In this document: piece after piece, positions 25,101-33,267 of the stretch
Numbering within the stretch: position 1 is the first letter of the stretch
Layout of the letters: each line of letters starts with the position of its first letter
Origin: Hydrurus foetidus
Lineage: Eukaryota
DNA length: 33,267 bases
Assembly (NCBI GenBank): GCA_900617105.1
Contig: UYFQ01000106.1
Location: 1-33,267, forward strand
Direction of reading: 5' to 3'
Program-made: the position numbers and the translations under genes
Notes under the pieces: model-generated
What the model was told of the DNA's origin: nothing
What the model saw: only the letters and a program-made list of their open reading frames with translations
The model's database searches: none

Positions 25101-28100
25101 GAGTAGGAGTAGCTAATTCCGGACTCCTGTCGGTTGTTACACCTAAATCATTTTGTCGGGGAGGTGACAACAAAACTGCTGCCTCGACCGTAGAGTGCAA
25201 AATGAACTCATCAGAATCTAGCCTAGCCGCTGCCGCAGCTAAGCTAGTGGGACACCCACATGAAGTAGTGCATGTCTTGCTTGTACAAGCACCTCGAGCC
25301 ACCAGGTCGTCTTGCCATCGACTGTCTGCGTCTGAGGGTTTTGTCCCCTCCAGGCTAGTTATAACCGGAGGTATGGTTGGATCTGTAATGCTCGTGACTG
25401 TGTCCGACTCTGCTTCTAGCAGGAGTGGAACGTCCACTTGGTTTATCACCATGTTTGTGGACTGGTCGAGTCTTTGCATTTTTGACATGTGTGTCATTGT
25501 TTTGTCTGTTACTATATTTTCCGGATTTTGGAAGAATTCCGGAATAAGTTTGACTAAATTTAATGTTTTAATAGTCTGTAATCCTAAGATTAAGTCGACT
25601 TTTGAATCTTCTGCAATTCGCACCGGAAGAGAAAAAGTGTGTTGAAAAGAGTTCTTTTAAATGATACAATAATATCAAGCACACGTGTTGATTCAATACA
25701 TTGGTTGTTTAAACCCGAGCACATCCATAAGGGAGTGTCTGTTGGGCGCAGGTGGGGTTCGCCCCGTAGGTCCCGGAGGACTCTACGGTTGATTACGTCC
25801 CCGACCTGGCATCCGGTGTCGATTTGGGCGAGCGCGTCGATTCCCTCACTTTGGAGCGTACTTTGAGGACGACGAGGATGAGGAGGAGCTGGTATTGGAG
25901 TCTCGGTCGCGGTTGGAGAAATCTCTGTCGCGGTTGGAGACGTCTTTCTCTTTTTCCGTGTTGCGCGAGTCGTCTTTGCGGCTAGAGTCGCGGTCGCGAC
26001 TGTCGGAGTGACTGTCGTTGCGATGGTTGGGCCGGAAGTTTGCGATCGGGTCTGTGGAAGAGATATGTGTACTTGTAAGTAATCCTCTATATTTTCAGGC
26101 AGTACTGCGGAAAGTAACATTTGCATGGTGGGTGTACTGCGACTTTCGTCGAGTTTTTGTACATGCGTAGCTGTAAGGTGTAACTTACTTTTGCCTTTGT
26201 AGTTTGAGCTCGCGTGGGAACCACTTGGCTTGTTGCCACGCTCGCTGTTGCGATCGTCTGATTGACGATCGTTGTTGCGGTTGTTGGACTTATTGTTGTT
26301 GTTTTTGTTGTTGTTGTTTGGGCGACGTGGGTCTTGGGTCTTAGGCGGTCCCATGTCCATCTCAACATCGTCGACTGGGTAGACGTACGTCGACGCACCT
26401 GGGTAGTTGGTGAGGTGGGTTTTCTCGTTGTTGACGTAGATGTCGGGTTTAAAGTGGGAATGCCCGATGCGTTTGAAATCCTGCCCAATGGAAGAAGCGT
26501 TCCATGTGGCGTGGGAGTTGTTGCAGTGCGGGTTCATAAAGAGCGGACAATTGTACCGATTATGAGTTGTCATTCCGCACGTGTGACATACGTCTGTTGT
26601 TCGGCTAATGCCTTCGTTGTCGGGACGACGTTTGGGAATGGTCTTGTATGATGCGGATGGGCCAGTGGACGCGGATGTGGACAGTTGGGTGTCGGGATCT
26701 TCTTCAGGGGTAAGCTTGGTGGTGAAGGTATAGCTTAGTCCCCCATCTTGTCAGCGTCCGTAACTGTCTCGCGTGACGCTTGGAGACAGATGACAAGACG
26801 GGCGAGCATTTCCCTGATGTTGTCCTTTTTCCTTTCTTTGGCTGCCACTTTGGTCAAGTCCATGAAATTTTCAGTGAACTTGTTGCCTGGTGGGAGCTTT
26901 TTGTAGAATATCTTGCAGATATCGTCCTGGCGATCACTATCGATGTTGTCATACTTGTTGTAGAACCCCAGGATAATGTCGCGGAACGCGGCGATGGAAG
27001 TGTGTTCCAGTGCACCGTTCAGCCAACTGAATTTGAACTGAAATCTCCTCAGTTTGAGGTCGAAGTCGTATGTGGATTGCGTACGTCTGTTAATGAAGTA
27101 GATTGTTTTAAGATCTTCTGCCATTTCTTTCAGAGTGAGCTCACCATCCGGTAATTCCGGCCACGCCATACATTGCGCGGGGGTGTACCCGACGAGCTTC
27201 GTGTTTTGCAAGAGTCCATCACGAATGGTGTCGAGTGCCTCATCCTCTATCAGCGACTGCCAACCCGCGCTGAAACCAGGTCGGTGTGCCTGTTGGTAGA
27301 ACAGGCGGGCGGACCCGTCCATGTCCTTCAACAGTACGTCCCTACCCATGTAGAACGCCTCCTTCATGTTAAAAAGGGAGGTCGTCATGTTTTGGTGACG
27401 TGGGATTTGGTTGCGTTGGGGTTGTTCGATGCCCGCATCTTCTGTTTTGCGTTTGCGTATAGGGTTCTCCACGGCCTTCGGTTTCGAAGCCGGGACCTTT
27501 TTCGCTGGTGCTTTAGCAGTGCGTTTGGCAGGTTTGGCTGTGCTGTTTGAGGGTGGTTGCTCTGGTGTGGGTTTGACTACTCGGGGGGAGCGTCTTTTGG
27601 CAGGTGGTTTGGCCTCTGCGGGCTTGTTGGTGTCGAGTTTGGCTGTGAACGGATCTTCGGAGTCGGACGGGACTTGACTACCTTCATCCGATGAGAGTTC
27701 GATGTAGTTTTCATCGTCCTCGTCTTCCTCACCGGTTTCATCCTCCCCGTCCTCCTTGTCTGATTCAGGGTGGGAGTCCGATGTCACTTTGCCGTCGGCT
27801 GTTTGATCGTCCTTATTGCCGTCTCCCTCCTCGTCATTCTGTTGGGTCGGATTGCCACCTTGGTTTTCCTCCTTGTCGATGTTGTCGAGGTTGTCCGGTG
27901 ATAAGGTGGCGGGTTCACTATGTGAAACGACCTCGCCCATGATCGACATGAATTCGGAAAGACTTTGATCATCGTCTGCTTTTTCCTTTTCTTCTGTCTC
28001 GCCCTCCAATATGGAGAGACGTTTGCGCTCTGCCATGCGCGTGTTATGCCTCTCGGCTTGTTTTGCCTTGTGGGCTTTTTGTTCGTCTTCGATGCGGCTT

Positions 28101-28294
28101 TCAGTGTCTGTAGCCTTGATGGCTTTTTGACTGAGCGCCGCCGTCGAAGCGGCGATATTTGCCTCGCGCCGCTTGGCGACTTGTTTGAGGCGTTCCTTTT
28201 CCCATTTGAGGGTTAAGCGTTCATCTTCTAGGAGCGAAGAGCTGAAGATGATTGAGTTAGAGCTCTGTCTCTTGTCTTTTTGGCTCTTTGTCAT
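22152..28294 (-). CDS. gag-pol: Gypsy-2 gag-pol polyprotein (~2047 aa if three 1-nt frameshifts are corrected)
   Basis: Acidic Gag N-terminus, CCHC knuckle CHTCGMTTHNRYNC (~26590-26550), protease AQIDTGC, RT YLDD (24298-24309), RNase H (TDAS, TDHKNL), IN (GHGG..CPCCQ, NIDF, RSDNG, IVER), chromodomain (VKWLNY..NTWEPW). Confidence 0.92.
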
Positions 28295-28844
28295 CGTGAA
28301 TTTTGGTCGGGACTTATTTGGATGGAACTGAGCGTCTTCGACAGCGACGGAACTCGGACGCGGTGATTTAGGGAAATGAGGAGTAGGTTCGTCGAGGATG
28401 GAGACTGGTAGGTTAAGAGTGTGGCAGTAGAAGTCAGGGGGATTGGATTACTTTCGGGCGATTTCGGGAGGAAATCGCGTCGAAAGTTGGGGGCGTTGGA
28501 CGGCTTCGTGGGTAACGAAGTTGGGCGTGCGCGTTGGAGCTTTCGTTTTAGAAACGATTTGTTTGGTTTCACTTGCTTGCAAGTTACTCTCTTTTGTCGG
28601 CCTTCGTTTTCTGAAGAGCTCGAGGAGATGTCGTTAAAAGTCGTCGGAACGAACTTCTAAACGAGGGCGTTCTGGAGGCTGTCGATTCAACAGAGCCTTT
28701 GTAGTGTCGTTAGACGTTGTTTTCACTAAAGAAAGTAACTCGCTTTTGTTTGGCACGACTGTTTGACGGTCGCGGCAAGATTTTTCTGTTGATTTTGGAA
28801 ACTGGTCTCTGAAGGAGATCCTAGTTGGTTCCAAATACCGGTAT

Positions 28845-29061
28845 TGTGGCCTTGCTAGGTCTCAGGGCAACGGGAGCGGAGGTCTGAGGGCGCGTGGACA
28901 AAGGGAAGATGCTGTGGGGCTAAAGCTATGATAGCAATGTGGTTAGCTTACAGGTAAACACAGCAGATATCATGGCAATGAATCGTGTGGATCGGATCGT
29001 CCTCGATCCGAACCGGACGTACGCCTGTACCCGTACAGCCCGTACGGGTGTTCGGGTCACA
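28845..29061 (-). repeat. Gypsy-2 5' LTR
   Basis: Direct repeat of 21724-21940. Confidence 0.97.
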
Positions 29062-29112
29062 ATTATTATATTAAATATATTAATAAATTTTAAATATATT
29101 ATTATCTATTAA

Positions 29113-30143
29113 TTTTTAGTATACCAAAGGTGCATTCGACATCTTTTTTCATAGACTCGGCCCATTTGGACCAACGCTGTTCTTTCTTCGACTGTGAGTG
29201 TTTGAAGGGATATATAAGTGTGGGCCAATTTAAATATCCCCCATCCACAAGGATCCAGGCCCCAGTATAATTTTGTCTTTTCCCTCGCTATCTTTCAGTG
29301 TAAATTGATGATCATTCAAGTACCATTCTGCATGTCATCACAAACCCATCAAATCGCACTATAGTCATATCATTCCATCTTCCAGGATATCCAACTGTTG
29401 ACGCAATAATCTGGTGTCGATTGATTGGCACTTTGAAATGCACGCGTCGTATGAGAACTTTTCCCTCCTAAATTCTGATTCTTAAGCTTGTAGTGGCACC
29501 TCTCCAATATGATATGTGTAACATCCGCTGACCCAATATACCCATCAAAACCAGCCTCAGCATATTCAGACATACAGTCTTCTATCTCCTCAGGAGTTTC
29601 CGGCCTCTTCACCCACTTGGGATAGAGATGTTTGCGGTAGGCTACAACGAATACTTTGAAGAATCGACGATGTACTTCTTCAGAGACACTTGTAGCTTCG
29701 TAGAGGTCATCGAAAGTCCAGCCCCTTCCCAGGTAACGTAGTGCTCCCAAAATCAATATTTTCAGTAGAATGCCCGTCTCCCCAAGAGCGTTACGTCTTT
29801 CATAATCAGGAAACCACTTATTTTCTCTAGCATCCCTCACTAGATCTAAGAATGCAGTGTGAGGCATTCTAAATTTTCTTCTAAATAGATTCATATGCTT
29901 CTTATTTAGTGGATGATCAGGGAATCTGACGTATCTGCGATACCAATCTGACTCAAAGCAGTCATTAGGATTGTATCCACCGTTATTGCTGTTACGAAAG
30001 GGCATTTTCTTTGGTGGAACTGGTTCGGCAGCCTCGTTTTCTTCTAATAGCTCATCGCGCCTCTTCTTAAAGACGACATAACTTTCCAAATCTGGATACC
30101 CATCCTCACCAATGCAGTCACGAAGTTTTGGTGACTTTTCCAT
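29113..30143 (-). pseudogene. Harbinger (Plant_tran-type) transposase copy A, exon 1
   Basis: FRRKFRM, GYIGSADVTH, LVDGGYLNW, KKDVECTFGILK. Frameshift at ~29430. The splice donor seen in copy B (AAAG|GTAAT) reads AAAA|TTAAT here. Confidence 0.9.
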
Positions 30144-30308
30144 AGCTTTAACTTAGTTGCTAGTGCTTAAAACTGACGATTTCTTAGATTTAATGTGAAT
30201 AATTCCTATTCTGTCATGCCATTTTGTCACGGAGAATCTGGAGCCGAATTCTGTCAAACAACTGCCCGGAGGATCACGAAAAAACATAATTTTTCACTTT
30301 GTACTTCT

Positions 30309-30372
30309 GATCCTCCACCATAACAAACGAGGACCCGGAGGATTTTGACCTCGTTTGTTATGGTGGAGGATC
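30309..30372. repeat. Central inverted repeat joining the two Harbinger copies (24-bp perfect arms, 16-bp spacer)
   Basis: GATCCTCCACCATAACAAACGAGG (30309-30332) and CCTCGTTTGTTATGGTGGAGGATC (30349-30372). Imperfect symmetry continues outward through both start codons (30143, 30538). Confidence 0.93.
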
Positions 30373-30537
30373 CGAAATACAAAATTGAAAATTCTGTTTT
30401 TCACGATCCTCCGGGCACTAGGATGACAGAATATGACTCCGGATTCTCCGAGACAAAATGACGTGACAGAATAGCAATTATTCACATTAAAATTAAGAAA
30501 TCGTCAATTTTAAGCACTTACCAACTTAGTTGAAGCT

Positions 30538-32148
30538 ATGGAAAAGTCAGCAACACTTAGAGACTGCTTAGATGAAGGTTGGGATTTTGATTAGGACAAA
30601 TATGTCGACTACAAGAAGAAGCGCGATGAATTATTAGAAGAAGAAGAGGATCTTGAAGAAGTTCCACCCAAGAAGATGCCCTTTAGAAAAAGAAATAGTG
30701 ATGGATACTTCCCTAATGACTGCCTAGAGTCTGAGTGGTACCGCAGATACGTCCAATACCCAGATCATCCACTCAATAAGAAGCATATGAATTTATTACG
30801 AAGGAGGTTCAGAATGCCTCATTCTGCTTTCAAAGATCTAGTTAAGGAGGCAAGAATAGACAATTGGTTCCCAGATTACGAGAAACGTAATGCTCTTGGA
30901 GACATGGGCGTTTCACTTGACATCTTGATTCTTAAAGCTCTACGTTATCTTGGAAGGGGCTGGACTTTTTATGACCTCTACGAAGCTACAAGCGTCTCTG
31001 AAGAAGTACATCGCCGATTCTTTAAAGTCTTTGTTGTAGCATGCCGCAAACATCTCTACCCTAAGTGGGTGAAAAGGCCTGAAACCCCTGAAGAGATTGA
31101 AGATTGTATGTCTGAATACGTCCAGGCAGGTTTCGATGGGTGCATCGGATCAGCCGATGTTACGCATGTTATACTGGAAAGGTGTCACTCCAGGCTTAAG
31201 AATCAAAATCAAGGAGGGAAGAGTTCACATACTACCCGAGCATTTCAAATAGTGGCTAATCATAGGCGCCAAATTATTGCTTCAACTGTCGGTTATCCTG
31301 GTCGATGGAATGATATGACTATAGTACGATTCGATGGGTTTGTTACCGATATTCATAATGGGACTTATCTGAATGAACATCAATTCAACTTAAAAGATAT
31401 TAATGGGAAGGAAGAAAAATACACTAGGGAATGGATTCTGGTAGATGGGGGGTACTTGAATTGGTCTACACTTGTATGCCCTTTCAAAAATTCTCAAAAT
31501 AAGAAAGAGCAGAAGTGGTCTAAATGGGCCGAATCAATGAGAAAAGATGTGGAATGCACATTTGGTATACTTAAAGGTAATCATAAATATATATGTACAT
31601 TTTATTAAATAATATATTATTATACTACATTTTATATTATTAATATATTATAATACATTTTATTTTATTATTACGATAGGGAGATGGAGAATTTTAAAAG
31701 CAGGAATTAGAGTTCATGGGATCGAGATGGCTGACAACATATGGTTTACTTGTTGTGCTTTACACAACATGTTACTAAATATAGATGGACTTCACAAAAA
31801 GTGGAGAAATGGAGTCAAAAGTCCCTTTCAAGGTGAACTAGGATGGCATGCAGTAGGTGATGTAGAAACGTATGCACCACTTATATTTCGTAGAATTAAT
31901 AATGCAGGTAGCATGAGAGAACTTGATACCTCTAGTATGGCCAGAGGTAATGATTTATGTCCTGCTAATGTAGACGATTATGATGAAGAAAAAAGGAAAT
32001 TAAACCAAAAATGTTACCTGAAAAAAATTACAAGATAATAAAAATGAAAAAAAAAGATTTTCGAGACAGATTAGTAGCTAGCTTTCATAGAAGATGGTCA
32101 TTAAAAGACATAGTATGGCCTTCAAGAACAGGTGAAATGCAACCATAA
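30538..32148 (+). pseudogene. Harbinger (Plant_tran-type) DDE transposase copy B; intron 31577-31679
   Basis: ATG 30538 (MEKS, as in copy A) with an in-frame TAG at 30592. Motifs GCIGSADVTH, LVDGGYLNW and ESMRKDVECTFGILK|GRWRILK, the last restored by a 103-bp AT-rich GT-AG intron. A frameshift in the A-rich stretch near 31990-32030 precedes DFRDRLV...WPSRTGEMQP*. Confidence 0.9.
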
Positions 32149-32215
32149 ATTAATTAAATATTATTAAACTGTAAATATAACATATTGTTTGCTTCTTTAC
32201 ACTTCTTGTGTCCAC

Positions 32216-33205
32216 TCAGGTTGGGACTTTCGAGGAGGAGGAGCTTGAAGAATTAGTCAGAAATTGTTTGTTTTGTCTGCTGCATTCCACCTCCAAAGCA
32301 TTGGGTTCTGCTTCTCGTTGTGCTCTTTCATTTTCCTCCCTTTTAATATCGTTAGCTGCATTGATAATCCTTGCACGAGCCACATCTAGAGGAACCAGCT
32401 GCATATCAATAATCCTTTGACGAGCAGCAATTATCGGTACCCTTCTTTCCCGGAACTCATCCTCAGAATCACTAGTGTCTTGGGTTACCTCATTAAATAC
32501 CTCTGGGATACTCTCTGACTCATTTGCAATGTTGAGTTTTTTCACCGCTGATTGAGCACGGCATGATTGCGGACGGCATGAGTGACAATTGTTGGTTTTG
32601 TAATTGTTTGGATAGTATTCGAGGGTCCAGTAGGTGGAGCGTAACGGACGGATGGTGCGGGGGAAGGTTGTATAGTAGGCGCAAGGGTAGGTGAAAGGAC
32701 TTTGGCATACTCGTTCATGATATTATTCCAGTGGGTGGTCTCCTCCTCAGTAATGACAGCTCTATTGACCATAATAACTGCTATATTGAAGCTGTCAATG
32801 AGCTCCTTCCGCTTTAATTGATTCTTGAGGAGTTGTTGATCTTCTCGGTGAAGGTCATTTTTGATGTTGTTCTGAGTTGAAATGCCTCTCTCTGGTTCCC
32901 TATACCGCTCCTCATTATAAGTTTGAATTTGGACGCGGCGTTCGACGGACAATTCATATTCCGGAAACGTTTGGCTTGCTCGTCAATTCCTTTGGAGTCC
33001 ACGGATAAGCAGCTGGTGATATCAAAGTTGTAGACACCAACTCCATATGGACCAAAGATGATGAAGAAAAGCATGGCCGATGGGAAGAAGTTGTTCAACG
33101 CAGGTGTCTTGACCTTTCTCAGAGATTTCATGGCCTCTACTTCCTCGGCCTCACCATCCTCGTCCTCGGCATCCTCGGTCTCCTCATCATCATTATCATT
33201 TTCGC
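32216..33205 (-). pseudogene. Harbinger accessory protein copy B, last exon (two frameshifts)
   Basis: ORFs 33224-32814 (NNFFPSAMLFFIIFGPYG, CLSVDSKGIDEQAKR), 32952-32542 (EETTHWNNIMNEYAK vs copy A EETDHWYRIMDEYAR) and 32545-32216. Acceptor TTACTTAG lies at 33213-33206. Confidence 0.8.
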
Positions 33206-33267
33206 CTAAGTAAAATAGTTTCATGCGTAAAATAAATTTTGCCAGCGTTTTCCCTGTAAATTGACTT

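Larger units (their letters stand above)
21724..29061 (-). mobile_element. Gypsy-2: full-length chromodomain Ty3/Gypsy retrotransposon, 7338 bp
   Basis: Two 217-bp TG..CA LTRs with no difference seen by eye; ATTA TSD (21720-21723, 29062-29065); PPT GAGAGAGAGAGGGG (minus strand, ~21944-21957); complete gag-pol domain set. Confidence 0.97.
19826..30334 (-). mobile_element. PIF/Harbinger-like two-gene transposon, copy A (interrupted by Gypsy-2; distal end cut by the Copia)
   Basis: Plant_tran-type transposase on the minus strand plus a convergent accessory gene on the plus strand; mirror image of copy B. Confidence 0.8.
30347..33267 (+). mobile_element. PIF/Harbinger-like two-gene transposon, copy B (runs off the window)
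   Basis: Begins GACCTCGTTTG, resembling PIF-type GGGCCCGTTTG termini. Transposase on the plus strand, convergent accessory gene on the minus strand. Confidence 0.82.

Noticed and set aside
25640..25665. Programmed -1 ribosomal frameshift in Gypsy-2 at TTTAAAAG
   Set aside because: Not in X-XXY-YYZ register with the upstream frame, and it falls inside the protease region; a homopolymer indel is simpler.
22218..28660. Plus-strand ORFs antisense to Gypsy-2 (and similar ones over Gypsy-1, pogo and Copia)
   Set aside because: Shadow frames of the real coding strands, with no independent motifs.
1..33267. Prokaryotic defence system, TnpB/Fanzor, Helitron RepHel, tRNA or rRNA genes
   Set aside because: No supporting motifs seen. 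Nearly all long ORFs are accounted for by eukaryotic TE proteins or lie within TEs.

Overview
Eukaryotic, heterochromatin-like repeat region with no convincing host gene (spliceosomal GT-AG introns are present; the taxon cannot be determined from this window). From left to right: (1) a perfect 30-bp-arm hairpin (407-467) fused to the start of a ~7.3 kb, ~21-copy 351-bp satellite (463-7748) with hints of 6-mer higher-order structure; (2) a decayed chromodomain Ty3/Gypsy element (Gypsy-1, minus strand, ~8029-15969) with a non-canonical RT motif and a CCCH-like Gag finger, interrupted by a 2049-bp pogo-like DD35D transposon (11012-13060, TA TSD); (3) a 5'-truncated, internally deleted Ty1/Copia element (+, ~15970-19825) preceded by an unknown ORF; (4) two diverged copies of a two-gene PIF/Harbinger-like (Plant_tran-type) transposon joined head-to-head as an imperfect palindrome centred at ~30340 (copy A 19826-30334; copy B 30347 to the window end); (5) a very young full-length chromodomain Gypsy (Gypsy-2, 21724-29061, apparently identical 217-bp LTRs, ATTA TSD) inside the transposase intron of copy A. 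All calls come from reading motifs by eye; no database search was run.
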